Positions 26,349 through 36,451 are shown, counted from the first letter of the stretch. The stretch is DNA of 64,000 bases from a bacterium (GCA_036787775.1 DAIQOR010000003.1:9466-73465); one strand, 5' to 3'. Notes: generated by a model from the sequence alone, not told the origin. A program made the numbers and translations.

Positions 26349-27416
26349 ATGGAAATTAATAACCAATATAAAAAAATAGTTCCGTTTATAATTTTTGTAT
26401 GGGCATTGGTTTTGTTTTTTATGCTTGTTCGACCAATGATAGTTATTTTTTTGAGCAGTGTGCTTTTAGCTTACATTACTTTTCCTTTGTATAAGCGAAT
26501 AAATAAAAAGATACCTAATGAGTCTCTTTCAGCTATTTTATCTTTGTTAATTATTTCTATTATTATGTTAATTCCTTTTTTTATTTTAGGTTCGTTAATT
26601 ATACAGCAGGGAATTTATTTTCATGATTCTTTATCAACCAGTATTAGTCAGGGGGCAGTGTTTGGTTTTGGATGTACTGGTACGGATTCAAAATTATGTA
26701 CAATTATTAATGATATAGAAAAATTTAGTTTAGAGCAATCGTCATCTTTTGGAATTGAAGGACAACTTCAAAAATTCTTGCCGTTTTTGAAATCGAAATT
26801 GATAAATTTTATTCAGAGCATACCGATTATATTGGCAAAGATTTTTCTTACATTAATTATAACTTTTTTTATTCTAAAAGAATGGAGAAAAATACTGAAT
26901 GGGATAATTGATTTGCTTCCCATGAAAAAGAAAACAACGGATAAACTTATTAGTCAATTCGGAGATATAACTCACACGGTACTTTATGCGCAATTATTTA
27001 TTGCATTAATTCAGGGTGTTGTTGGAATCGTCGGATTTTATATTTTTGGTGTTCCTTTTCCTATAATCTTGGGGTTGTTGTTAGCGTTTTGTGCTTTGAT
27101 TCCTGCTATTGGGACAGTTATTATCTGGTTGCCAGCGTCGCTGTTTTTGATTTTAAGCGGTTATTTTTCCAATGATTATTTGATGTTGGGTAGGGGAATA
27201 GGTTTGTTTTGTTACGGCCTTTTAATAATTAGCACAATTGATAATCTTCTTCTTGCAACAATCGTGCGTTCAAAAGCAAAGGTAAATCAAATAATTGTAA
27301 TTGTGGGAGTTATAGGTGGAGCGAGTCTATTTGGAATTGTAGGGATTTTTATAGGACCAATATTGTTGCCTTTGCTTATAACATATTTTCAGGCATTTAA
27401 AGAAAGATTTGAATGA
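26349..27416 (+). CDS. AI-2E (PerM/UPF0118) family transporter-like membrane protein
   Basis: Topology and length typical of the family; no sharp motif. Confidence 0.5.
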   Translation: MEINNQYKKIVPFIIFVWALVLFFMLVRPMIVIFLSSVLLAYITFPLYKRINKKIPNESLSAILSLLIISIIMLIPFFILGSLIIQQGIYFHDSLSTSISQGAVFGFGCTGTDSKLCTIINDIEKFSLEQSSSFGIEGQLQKFLPFLKSKLINFIQSIPIILAKIFLTLIITFFILKEWRKILNGIIDLLPMKKKTTDKLISQFGDITHTVLYAQLFIALIQGVVGIVGFYIFGVPFPIILGLLLAFCALIPAIGTVIIWLPASLFLILSGYFSNDYLMLGRGIGLFCYGLLIISTIDNLLLATIVRSKAKVNQIIVIVGVIGGASLFGIVGIFIGPILLPLLITYFQAFKERFE

Positions 27417-27422
27417 GTCTTT

Positions 27423-27650
27423 TTGAGTTCTTACAAATATTTATCTATTTTGGAGATGATAACTTTTATTATAAGGGATTTATTTAAAATGAAAATGAAA
27501 AAAATAAAAAAACAAGTAAAGAAAGTTACTAAAAAAGTAATGAGGGATCCTTTAACAAAAGAGTTTTTAGAAGACGAAAAAAAAGTTGTTAAGAAAGCAA
27601 TCGGAAGAGCCGAGAGTAGGGCAAAAAGGTTTGTGATGGTTAAAAAGTAA
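27423..27650 (+). CDS. small basic protein, hypothetical
   Basis: K-rich; start uncertain. Confidence 0.3.
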   Translation: MSSYKYLSILEMITFIIRDLFKMKMKKIKKQVKKVTKKVMRDPLTKEFLEDEKKVVKKAIGRAESRAKRFVMVKK

Positions 27651-28162
27651 TTTTCTGATTGAACTGTTAAACTATTCTATTAGCAATAAATTTAAATTAA
27701 TAATTATTTACAATTCTCGACGATGATATTATTTTGAAATAACTACTTTTACTATCGATAAATATATAAACTTATTATTCTTGGATAAGATATGGAGCAA
27801 AGATTTAGTCTGACGTGGAATTGTAGATCCGGCTTAGTCTGTACTGCCCCTATTAAACATTATTCATTTTAATTCACGGTTTTAGGCCTGGGTTGAAATG
27901 AAATTTCTTTACAACTTAATGGGTCTGAAACTTTTGAATTGATTTGGATTTTTGGAAAATAAAATGAAACAAACATACGAAAAACAAGAATTGAGTGAAA
28001 GAGTTTTCGTGGAGCAAGAATTAAACGGTTTGATAGAACGAACTCTTCACTTAGAGAACGAACTATACAAAATCCTTAGACAATAATGTTGCTTTGGGAT
28101 TACTCTTAGTAGGTTAGTGATAGTTGTGCAAGTTTTAAAAAGTATAATTGATTAAATAAAAT

Positions 28163-29605
28163 ATGGTTAAGAAATCAGAAGAAGGATTGACAGTAAAGAA
28201 GGAAGATGATTTTACAGAGTGGTTTATTCAGTTGATGACAAAGGCCGAGCTCGCAGATTATTCGCCGGTTTCTGGTTTTATTGTTTATCGTCCTTATGCT
28301 TTTGAAATTTGGGAAAGGATGAAAGAGGCTGTTGATAAAGAATTTAAAAAACTTGGAGTTAAGAATGCATATTTTCCAATGTTGTTTCCCGAGAGTTTAT
28401 TTGAGAAAGAGAAAGAGCATGTTGCGGGTTTTGCTCCGGAGGTTGCGTGGGTTACGGAGGTTGGAAATAAAAAATTGAGTGAGCGATTGGCGATTCGTCC
28501 GACGTCGGAAGTTATTATGTATTATTTTTATTCGAAGTGGATTAGAAGTCATCGTGATTTGCCTTTGATAATTAATCAGTGGAATAATGTTGTGCGGTGG
28601 GACACGAATAATCCTGTGCCATTTTTTAGAGGACGAGAATTTTTATGGAACGAATTGCACACGGCTTTTGCTACAGAGAAAGAATGTTTGAAGCACGGGT
28701 TAAATGTTATAAAAGCTTATGATAAAGTTACTGAAGAATTGATGGCGGTTCCTGCGATTTATGGAAGGAAGACCGAAAAAGAAAAATTTGCTGGCGCGGT
28801 TTTTACAGAGAAGAATCATGTTTATTTGCCGAATGGAAAAGTCTTGGAAGGAACTTGTAATCATTATGACGGGCAGAATTTTGCGAAGGCGTATGATATA
28901 AAATTTAAAGATAGCGATGGAAAAGAAAATTATGTTTATCAAAACACTCACGCGATTTCGACGAGGTTGTTGGGCGGGATGTTAGGAATGCATTCAGATA
29001 ATAATGGTTTGGTTTTGCCTCCAAGGATTGCGCCGAATAAAGTTGTTATAATTCCGTTGTTGTTTAAAGGAAAGGAGAAAGAAGTTTTGGAAGTTGCTAA
29101 AAATATTGAGAAGGATTTGAAATCTTTTGATCCGCTTTTGGATGACAGGGATTATGTTACGCCTGGAAGAAAATTTGGAGAATGGGAGTTGAAAGGAATT
29201 CCGTTGAGAATTGAATTAGGTCCGAGGGATTTGGAGAAGAAGCAGGTTGTTGTTTCGAATAGAGTTAGTGGCGAGAAAATTGAAATTAAAATTAAAGATT
29301 TGAAAAATAAAATTCCTGTGATTTTGGAAGAGATGCAAAAAGAACTTTATGCTCGTGCGAAGAAATTGTTGGATGAAAGCATGGTGAAGGCGGAGACGAA
29401 AAAAGATTTGAAGAAATTTCTTGACGCGAAGAAAATGGTTTCTATTCCAATGTGTGATGGTTTTGCTTGCGAGGATTTGATGAAGTCGGAGAATAGTGGG
29501 GCGAAGACTTTATTTATTGATGAGAAGAATTCTGCGAAAGGAAAGAAATGTTTGTATTGTGGGAAGAATGCTAATTATTGGGTTTATGTTGGGAAGACTT
29601 ATTAG
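28163..29605 (+). CDS. proS: prolyl-tRNA synthetase (archaeal/eukaryotic type)
   Basis: Class II motifs; C-terminal Zn-binding extension ending YWVYVGKTY; 480 aa. Confidence 0.85.
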   Translation: MVKKSEEGLTVKKEDDFTEWFIQLMTKAELADYSPVSGFIVYRPYAFEIWERMKEAVDKEFKKLGVKNAYFPMLFPESLFEKEKEHVAGFAPEVAWVTEVGNKKLSERLAIRPTSEVIMYYFYSKWIRSHRDLPLIINQWNNVVRWDTNNPVPFFRGREFLWNELHTAFATEKECLKHGLNVIKAYDKVTEELMAVPAIYGRKTEKEKFAGAVFTEKNHVYLPNGKVLEGTCNHYDGQNFAKAYDIKFKDSDGKENYVYQNTHAISTRLLGGMLGMHSDNNGLVLPPRIAPNKVVIIPLLFKGKEKEVLEVAKNIEKDLKSFDPLLDDRDYVTPGRKFGEWELKGIPLRIELGPRDLEKKQVVVSNRVSGEKIEIKIKDLKNKIPVILEEMQKELYARAKKLLDESMVKAETKKDLKKFLDAKKMVSIPMCDGFACEDLMKSENSGAKTLFIDEKNSAKGKKCLYCGKNANYWVYVGKTY

Positions 29606-29719
29606 ATAGTTTAATATATATTTTAGAATGTATATTTTGGAGTGTAGTATTTTTTATAAATTGTTATTTTGTGATTTTATTAGAGGTGGTGGTACCTCAG
29701 AGACCTAATTCTGAGAAAA

Positions 29720-30502
29720 TTGAAAATGACATTTAAAATAAAAGTAAAACAAGGTTTGGTAGTTTTAGTTGTACCTTTCGTTATTGGAAGCACTGTTAAT
29801 GCGGTTGCTGGGGAGAATCAAGTTCAGGAAAAAAAATCTTTGGTTGAATTGACTGGTGCAAGTATTGGAAATGATTATGTTTCACAATATGTTACTGGAA
29901 GTGGTTCTATTTTTAATGATTCGCCGGTTGTTCAGAGTTCCGTTGATTTTACAACTAATTTATTTGGAGTGAATGTTTGGAATAATTATGTTGTTAGAGA
30001 TCATATTACAAATGAGCGAGATGTTGAAGTTAGAGTGCCTTTTAGTACGGAGTATGTTAATTTAAAATTAGCGGGGTGTTATTTTACTTTTCCAAATACA
30101 GATTTGGGGGAAGGTTTTGCGGTGACGGGAAAAGTTTCTTCAACTAATCTTCCAGTGGATTTATCTTTAGCAGTTCCAAATATTTTTTGGGAAGGTTATG
30201 AACAAGGAAGAAGGTTTGATTTTGGAATTGGAAAATCTTTTGAGGATTTGTTTACTGATGGATTGAATTTAGGATTGAATGGATTTGTTAAATATAATGA
30301 TAGATGGTTTGCTCTCGAAGGAGATAAAACAAAAGATTGGTCTCATTATGGTTTATCTGGAAATGTAAGTTATTCTCTTCCTGAAAATGTTTCGTTGAAT
30401 GTAGGAATTAATTATCAAAAACCTTTTGAAGGTTCGAAGTTTGAAGATAAATATAAAGAAACTTTTTGGAATAGCTTCGGTGTTAATTGGGGTTTTGATT
30501 AA
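29720..30502 (+). CDS. secreted beta-rich protein with outer-membrane beta-barrel-like pattern
   Basis: Signal peptide (..VNAVA/G); alternating hydrophobic beta-strand pattern; aromatic C-terminus FGVNWGFD. Confidence 0.45.
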   Translation: MKMTFKIKVKQGLVVLVVPFVIGSTVNAVAGENQVQEKKSLVELTGASIGNDYVSQYVTGSGSIFNDSPVVQSSVDFTTNLFGVNVWNNYVVRDHITNERDVEVRVPFSTEYVNLKLAGCYFTFPNTDLGEGFAVTGKVSSTNLPVDLSLAVPNIFWEGYEQGRRFDFGIGKSFEDLFTDGLNLGLNGFVKYNDRWFALEGDKTKDWSHYGLSGNVSYSLPENVSLNVGINYQKPFEGSKFEDKYKETFWNSFGVNWGFD

Positions 30503-31347
30503 ATCAGCGTCTGATTTAAAGCTCCTTGAGAAATTTCATTAACTATATTTTCTATGTATTTTGATTCAAGTGCGAAACCTAAACTTTCTCCTCCGCCGAT
30601 TTTGAAATTGTTAATTCCTATGACTTCTCCTTGTTTGTTGATTAAAGGTCCGCCCGAGTTTCCGGGGTTTAGTGCGGCGTCGGTTTGGATGTATGCATTT
30701 ATTCCGTTTGCTCCTGGTCTGTTAATTGCTGAAACTATTCCTTCGGAGACTGAGAATTGTAATCCTAATGGGTTTCCTATTGCGATTACTTTTTCCCCGA
30801 TTTGTAATTCGTCGGAGTTTCCTATTTCTATTGATTGCACGCTTTTGTCTATTTTTAATAATGCGATGTCGTAGTCCGCGTTGTATCCTATGAATTTTGC
30901 GGGGAGGTTTTCTTGTTCGTATGTTATTGCAGTTATTGTTTTTCCTCCGACGAGAACGTGGGCGTTTGTTACGATGTATCCGTCGTCGGTGATTATGAAT
31001 CCTGTGCCTTGTCCGACGTCGGTTCTTATTGTAACGACGGATTTTATTGCGTCTTCAATTATTCCTGAGAAATCTGCACTTGTTGATGCTTTTAGTTCGT
31101 CGAATTCTTGGCCGATTGTTCCGAGTTTTGAGCCGAGGTTTTTGAGTTCAGTGTTTGCTTGTATGAGACTTGAAGATATTTCGGTTATTTTATTTTGGGA
31201 GTCGATTATTTCTGTGCTTAATTTGTCGTAGTTCATTTGTTGGTTTACGAATAATCCGTACATAAATATTGAACTTAAAATCATGAAAACTATTACAATT
31301 GTTGTGAAACTTCCAATCATGTATTTGTGTTTTCTTTCTAATACCAT
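30499..31347 (-). CDS. trypsin-like serine protease (HtrA/DegP family, no PDZ domain), membrane-anchored
   Basis: TNAHV (His), DIALLKI (Asp), TDAALNPGNSGGPL (Ser) catalytic triad motifs; N-terminal TM. Confidence 0.8.
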   Translation of the reverse strand: MVLERKHKYMIGSFTTIVIVFMILSSIFMYGLFVNQQMNYDKLSTEIIDSQNKITEISSSLIQANTELKNLGSKLGTIGQEFDELKASTSADFSGIIEDAIKSVVTIRTDVGQGTGFIITDDGYIVTNAHVLVGGKTITAITYEQENLPAKFIGYNADYDIALLKIDKSVQSIEIGNSDELQIGEKVIAIGNPLGLQFSVSEGIVSAINRPGANGINAYIQTDAALNPGNSGGPLINKQGEVIGINNFKIGGGESLGFALESKYIENIVNEISQGALNQTLI

Positions 31348-31407
31348 CTTTCTTTTAAATGAGTAAAACTCAAATTATATAAATCTAACTTTTTTAGTAA
31401 AGTGATT

Positions 31408-31479
31408 GGGCCTATAGTTCAGTGGATAGAATAACAGGTTTCGGCCCTGTTGACCGAGGTTCGAATCCTCGTAGGCTCA
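31408..31479 (+). tRNA. tRNA-Arg (anticodon TCG)
   Basis: Acceptor gggccta/taggctc, anticodon stem acagg/cctgt with loop tttcggc, T-arm cgagg-ttcgaat-cctcg; 72 nt. Confidence 0.7.
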
Positions 31480-31496
31480 TTTGAATTTGAACCGGT

Positions 31497-31574
31497 GGTT
31501 TCGTTTTACCACGCTTGGGAGAACGAGCGAGCGACTTGTTCGCGACGCCGAATCCTCGTAGGCTCATTTGAATT
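31497..31574 (+). repeat. tRNA-associated element core (53 nt) plus 25-nt direct repeat of the tRNA-Arg 3' end
   Basis: 31497..31549 is 51/53 identical to the reverse complement of 54400..54452; 31550..31574 is an exact copy of 31463..31487. Confidence 0.85.
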
Positions 31575-31681
31575 TTTTAAAAATAAATTCACAAATAACT
31601 TTTTATACTGGTTTGTTTTTATTTTGTTATGAAAGAAGTAAATCAAATATTTTCATACTTTCATTTTAGGGGGAATTTAAA

Positions 31682-32812
31682 ATGAAAGGTGATACAAAAA
31701 GATTTTTTTCGGCGTCGGCAATCCTGATTGGAACTTGCATTGGTGCTGGCGTTTTGGCGATTCCGTATGTTGCGGTGCAGTCGGGTTTTTTTGTTGCGCT
31801 CGGTTATATTCTATTTATTGGTTTGATGTTGATGGTTGTTAATCTTTATCTTGGAGAAATTTCTTTGAGGACGAAAGAGAAACATCAGCTTGCGGGATAT
31901 GTTGAGAAATATCTTGGGAGAAAAGCGGGCTGGGTTATGGAGTTTGCTTTTGTGTTTGGGATTTATTCGGCGATAATTGCGTATCTTTTGGGAATTGGCG
32001 GGAGCATTAGTTTTTTGGTTTATGGTGATTTGAGTCATACTTTATTGTTCGGAGTTTTGTTTGGGGTTTTTATGTCGGCTTTGATTTGGAGGGGTTTGAA
32101 GTCGCTTAAGTTTTTTGAGAAGGTCGGGGTTTCACTTGTGTTTTTGTTGCTCATTTTAATTTTTATAATTTTCATAAAAGATTTTTCTTTTGTTAATTTG
32201 ACTGGTTTTAATTCTTCGAATATTTTCTTGCCGTTTGGAGTTGTGCTTTTTGCGTTGCTATCTTTTAGTGCGATTCCGGAAGTTAATCTTGTTCTGAAAA
32301 AGAACGAGCATCTTATGAAACGAAGTATTCTTTTTGCGATTGTGTTTTGCACGATTTTTTATGCTTTGTTTACACTTATTATTGTTGGTGCAAAAGGTTT
32401 TGAAACGCCAGAAATAGCGACGCTGGCGTTGGGAACTATTTTTGTTTTCTTTGGTATTTTGACAATGTTTACTTCTTATCTTGCGTTAGGAAATGCTTTG
32501 AGGGATAATTTGAAATATGATGAGAGAATGAGTCGTTTTAAAGCGTGGTTTTTTTCTGCAATAATCCCTGTTGTTGTTTTTGCTTTGATAAATTATTTTG
32601 ATATTTTTTCATTTAGTAAAATTCTTTCTATTGGAGGTACTATTGCGGGAGGATTGACTGCAATTTTAATTTTATTTTGTGTGAAGGTGGCGAAGAAAAA
32701 AGGAAATAGAAAACCTGAATATAGTTTTCCACTTAATTGGTTTATTTTAGGAATTGTGACTTTGATATTTGTTTTGGGAATTGTTCAAGAAGTTTGGGGG
32801 ATTTTGGTTTAG
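31682..32812 (+). CDS. amino acid permease (APC-superfamily-like), ~11 TM
   Basis: Topology and G-rich TM1 (IGTCIGAGVLAIP) typical of aromatic/amino-acid permeases. Confidence 0.5.
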   Translation: MKGDTKRFFSASAILIGTCIGAGVLAIPYVAVQSGFFVALGYILFIGLMLMVVNLYLGEISLRTKEKHQLAGYVEKYLGRKAGWVMEFAFVFGIYSAIIAYLLGIGGSISFLVYGDLSHTLLFGVLFGVFMSALIWRGLKSLKFFEKVGVSLVFLLLILIFIIFIKDFSFVNLTGFNSSNIFLPFGVVLFALLSFSAIPEVNLVLKKNEHLMKRSILFAIVFCTIFYALFTLIIVGAKGFETPEIATLALGTIFVFFGILTMFTSYLALGNALRDNLKYDERMSRFKAWFFSAIIPVVVFALINYFDIFSFSKILSIGGTIAGGLTAILILFCVKVAKKKGNRKPEYSFPLNWFILGIVTLIFVLGIVQEVWGILV

Positions 32813-32857
32813 GAAGAAATAGCAATTTTTATTAAGACTAAAAATTATCTTTATTGT

Positions 32858-33127
32858 ATGTCTAAGAAAATTATTAAATTAAGGACAACTGGAAAATATC
32901 CTTGTCAATATGACGATTTAATTGATGAAAATAATTTAACTCGAGCAACGTTTTATACTTTGGAAGAAATTAAGAAAGATTTGTCTTCTTCGAAAGAAGG
33001 GATTACAAAAGGAACAGATGGAGTTTATGATATTGTTCTTGAATTAGAAGAACTGACTATTAAGGATGTTAGAAAAGCATTGGAAATGTTGGGGAAATTT
33101 TGTAATTTTGAATTTGTTTTAATTTAA
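32858..33127 (+). CDS. hypothetical protein
   Basis: 89 aa, no motif. Confidence 0.3.
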   Translation: MSKKIIKLRTTGKYPCQYDDLIDENNLTRATFYTLEEIKKDLSSSKEGITKGTDGVYDIVLELEELTIKDVRKALEMLGKFCNFEFVLI

Positions 33128-33379
33128 AATAGATTGTCTCGCCTTCGGCGAGGATGATTGAAAATTTTTCCTGACTTTGTCGAGGAAAATTTTTTTGGGA
33201 AGGAATTATTAATGAACTGGCTATCGCCGAAAATCGTTTGAGAAACTATTGGAGATTAGATTGTGAGATATGTTTTTGAGAATAGAAAAGTTTAATGATT
33301 TTAGAAATTCTCCTACAAATCCATTTCAAAAATAAAAGTAAATTTTTCTCTCATCTTTTTTCTAAAAAGAAGATTTTAT

Positions 33380-33688
33380 CTAATAAATTTTAAATAATGA
33401 ATCTAATTTTTTTATTATAAAACTAAAACATCCTCCAAAGCAAAGAGAAAGTATTACTCCAAAAATCGCAGAAAGAAGTGGAGATAAATTGAGAGCTTTA
33501 ATGCAAAATAAAGAAATTAAAATAAAAGAAGCCAGGCATAAAATAACTTTTAAAATTAATTCTGCTGGAGTTTGTGGATATATGTTTACAATAGTTCCTT
33601 TGGGAAAATTATGTAAATCTATATTCCCTCCACATCCGCAAGAATTTTTTAAATTAACCATCTTAAAATTATTTAGTTTTGACACCAA
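33380..33688 (-). CDS. small membrane protein with N-terminal CGCGG motif
   Basis: 102 aa; 16-nt overlap with the upstream Cys-rich gene. Confidence 0.35.
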   Translation of the reverse strand: MVSKLNNFKMVNLKNSCGCGGNIDLHNFPKGTIVNIYPQTPAELILKVILCLASFILISLFCIKALNLSPLLSAIFGVILSLCFGGCFSFIIKKLDSLFKIY

Positions 33689-34164
33689 GCAATTTCTCCT
33701 GCATTACAACTATAAGAGCTACTTCCTGTAAAGATAGCATAAAGTCCTTTGGTATGGCAAGTTGCAACTTCTCCAGTATTACAAGTAGTATATGGTTCAT
33801 CTTCGTCTACACAGATAGAATATTGGTCTGAAGAGCAATAAGAAATTTGTTGGTTTTGATTTACACAAGTTGCTTGTTCATTTTTTAGAGCATTGCATTT
33901 TACGACACTATCTGTTTTTGTATCATAAATCATAGCATATTCATTTGAGTTATAACAAGTATAACTTTGCCCTTTCTCGCAATAGAAACCTTGACTTCCT
34001 TCTGGGACAAATTGATAATTATTATACATATCAGATAAACTTGAACTTTGTTCTTTAATTATTTGAGACATACCAAAAAGAATTAAAACTGATAACACTG
34101 CCCAAACCATTAAAATTATTTTCCAAACATCTTTTTTCTTGTGAGTTGTATGTGGTTCAACCAT
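33673..34164 (-). CDS. membrane-anchored Cys/Tyr/Ser/Thr-rich extracellular protein
   Basis: N-terminal TM anchor; 12 Cys in 163 aa. Confidence 0.4.
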   Translation of the reverse strand: MVEPHTTHKKKDVWKIILMVWAVLSVLILFGMSQIIKEQSSSLSDMYNNYQFVPEGSQGFYCEKGQSYTCYNSNEYAMIYDTKTDSVVKCNALKNEQATCVNQNQQISYCSSDQYSICVDEDEPYTTCNTGEVATCHTKGLYAIFTGSSSYSCNAGEIAWCQN

Positions 34165-34273
34165 TCTATTAACAAAAAGAACTTCTTTATAAATCTTACT
34201 ATGTATTTACAATACATTACCAATAGATAACCAAAAGAGGTTTTATAGTTAATCTGTTTCGTATAGATTAACT

Positions 34274-34441
34274 ATGGTTAGTAAATATACAAATGTTGCA
34301 TTGCCAGAAGAACTAATTCAAGAAATTGATTTGGTTGTTAAGAAAAGTGGTTTGGGCTACACTTCACGAGGAGAAATTGTGAAAGAAGCTGTGCGAAGAT
34401 TTTTGAAAGAACTAGCAGAATACAAGCAAATTAAAAAATAA
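34274..34441 (+). CDS. ribbon-helix-helix (CopG/Arc/MetJ-like) DNA-binding protein, 55 aa
   Basis: MVSKYTNVALPEELIQEIDLVVKKSGLGYTSRGEIVKEAVRRFLKE: beta-strand then two helices typical of RHH; absent from the ORF track (<60 aa). Confidence 0.5.
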   Translation: MVSKYTNVALPEELIQEIDLVVKKSGLGYTSRGEIVKEAVRRFLKELAEYKQIKK

Positions 34442-34623
34442 AAATAAAATTTACTTGTTTTTCTTAGAAGAAAAATTTTTATCTTTTTTATAAATAAAAC
34501 TTTTTTGGCAAGGCTGACAAAATATCTGAAGAATTTGGAACTTCTATATTAATGAAAAATTTGGGCGAATCCAAGCAACAGACTTTTAACGAACTTTGAT
34601 AAATTAAACAAATTAATTAACAA

Positions 34624-35979
34624 TTAATCCAATTCTCTAATCAACATTTCCTTCGCGGTTTTAAAATCAGCCCTCTTATTACTTAATTTCATTACTTGTC
34701 CTACGAGGAAGTTTATTGATTCTTGTTTTCCAGCTTTATAATCTTCGACGGCTTTTTGGTTTTCCTTAATTGCTTGTTGTACGAATTTATCTATTTCAGA
34801 TTTGCCTGAAATTTTGGCGTGTGCCTTTGCGTGTTCTTTTGGTGAGAAAGACTTTGGAATAAATTGCCTCAGAATTTCTTTTGCCTTCAGTTCGGTGATT
34901 GTGTTTTTTTCTACAAGTTGCAAAAGTTCGATGAAATGTTTTGCTTCAATCTCGACGTCTTCCAATTCTTTCTTGACATAATTCAAAGCTCCGACGAGTT
35001 CTATTGTTATCCACGGGATTGCGATTGAGGGTTTTATTTTTTCGATAACTTGTTCAAATAGTTCAACAATTTCTAATTTTTTTGTCAGGATTGTTGCGTG
35101 TTGTGATGGAATTTTATGTTTTTTAATTAATTTAGATAATTTTTCTTGAGGGGTTTCAGGTAATTCAGATTTTATTTTTTGTATTCTTTTTTTATCAATA
35201 ATTAACATTGGTAAATCTGGGTCAGATATAAATCGGTAGTCCGCGGTTTCTTCTTTTGAACGCATTTTTGTTGTGGTGTTTTTTTTGTCGTCATATCGTC
35301 GGGTTTCTTGTTCTAAAGGTAAATCTTTTTGTTGTCTTTTTATTTCAGATTCGATTGCGTTTTTTATGTTTGTTAAACTGTTGATGTTTTTCATTTCTAT
35401 TCTTTTTCCTTTAGGGATTGACACATTTACGTCGGCCTTTATTCCTGCGTTTTTGTCGATTGCTTTTATGTAGCTTAAAGTTGCGAGTAATTGTTTTAGC
35501 CATTCGATGACTTCGTCTGAACTTTTGAAATCTGGGTCGGTGACTATCTCGATTAGTGGGCTTCCGCTTCGGTTGTAGTCGATTTCTCCAGTTTGTGGGT
35601 TCCAGGCGGCAGGGTCTTCTTCGAGATGACATTCAGTTATTCCGATTCCTAAGAATTTTCCTTTGGTTCCGTTAGGTGTGGAGTGCGGGCCCGAGATTGT
35701 GTTCTGATATCCTTTTGGTAGGTCTGCCCAGTTGTAATGTTTTCTTTGCCAAGTTAATTTTTCATTTACTTTGCATCCGAGGATTAGTGCGATTTGAATT
35801 GCTTTGTCGACGGCGGTTTTGTTTGGGAGTTGGGGTTTGCATCCGGGTTGGGCTGTGCATATCGGGCAAATTGAAATGTTTGGTTTTGTGTTTTTCGCTC
35901 CGTGGATTGCTTCGCAAGAACAGAATAATTTTTTTTTAGTGTCCAAGTAGCCGTGAATTTCCAAACCTATTTTTACCAT
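34624..35979 (-). CDS. gatB: Asp-tRNA(Asn)/Glu-tRNA(Gln) amidotransferase subunit B (GatB)
   Basis: GLEIHGYL..KLFCSC N-terminus; C-terminal GatB/YqeY tail. Confidence 0.85.
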   Translation of the reverse strand: MVKIGLEIHGYLDTKKKLFCSCEAIHGAKNTKPNISICPICTAQPGCKPQLPNKTAVDKAIQIALILGCKVNEKLTWQRKHYNWADLPKGYQNTISGPHSTPNGTKGKFLGIGITECHLEEDPAAWNPQTGEIDYNRSGSPLIEIVTDPDFKSSDEVIEWLKQLLATLSYIKAIDKNAGIKADVNVSIPKGKRIEMKNINSLTNIKNAIESEIKRQQKDLPLEQETRRYDDKKNTTTKMRSKEETADYRFISDPDLPMLIIDKKRIQKIKSELPETPQEKLSKLIKKHKIPSQHATILTKKLEIVELFEQVIEKIKPSIAIPWITIELVGALNYVKKELEDVEIEAKHFIELLQLVEKNTITELKAKEILRQFIPKSFSPKEHAKAHAKISGKSEIDKFVQQAIKENQKAVEDYKAGKQESINFLVGQVMKLSNKRADFKTAKEMLIRELD

Positions 35980-36059
35980 GTAATTAGAAAGATTGTTTAT
36001 TTTTATAGGTTATGTTGTATTATAGTAATATTTATATAAGGAATTGGCGGTAGGATTTT

Positions 36060-36425
36060 ATGGAAAAGGATACTTTGAAGGAGTCGTTCGCGCGGGTTAA
36101 GAATGATATAATGAATATTCAGGCGCAGTTGATGGAGATAAGTTCGCAACAGATGGAGTTGTTTGACGTGATTAACGATTTGAAAAGAAAAGATGTTCAG
36201 TTGGTTAAAGGAATTTCTGAAAATAAGAAAACTATTGAAAAGAAAATTGCTTCGAAAAAGGCTGTTAAAGTTCATACTTATATTGCGTCGAAGACTGGGA
36301 AAAATTTTCACATTAAAGAATGTCCGTTTGCAAAGAATATTTCTCCGAAAAGTTTGGTGCGATATAATTCTGCACAGAAAGCTTTGGAAGAAGGGTATAA
36401 AGCCTGCGATTGTGTTCGAGCTTAA
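36060..36425 (+). CDS. coiled-coil protein with C-terminal Ada-type Zn-binding-like domain
   Basis: C-terminus FHIKECPFAKNISPKSLVRYNSAQKALEEGYKACDC resembles the Ada metal-binding domain. Confidence 0.45.
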   Translation: MEKDTLKESFARVKNDIMNIQAQLMEISSQQMELFDVINDLKRKDVQLVKGISENKKTIEKKIASKKAVKVHTYIASKTGKNFHIKECPFAKNISPKSLVRYNSAQKALEEGYKACDCVRA

Positions 36426-36451
36426 TTAATTTTGATTCTTTTTGATTTATA

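Noticed and set aside
27780-28140. Possible C/D-box sRNA or small 40-aa ORF (MKQTYEKQELSERVF...) in the 500-nt gap upstream of proS
   Set aside because: CUGA-like D boxes are present, but no convincing RUGAUGA C box or k-turn pairing. The 40-aa ORF has no RBS and no motif. Evidence is too weak to call.
31450-31632. 60-aa ORF running through the tRNA-Arg(TCG) 3' end, the conserved core and the repeat
   Set aside because: The duplicated peptide (ILVGSFEF twice) just reflects the nucleotide repeat. It overlaps a tRNA and an element shared in the opposite orientation at another locus, so it is not a gene.
33130-33200. Hairpin ctcgccttcggcgag after 32858..33127 as a Rho-independent-type terminator
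   Set aside because: This is an archaeal genome. Such hairpins occur, but termination is usually signalled by T-tracts, and a feature call would be speculative.
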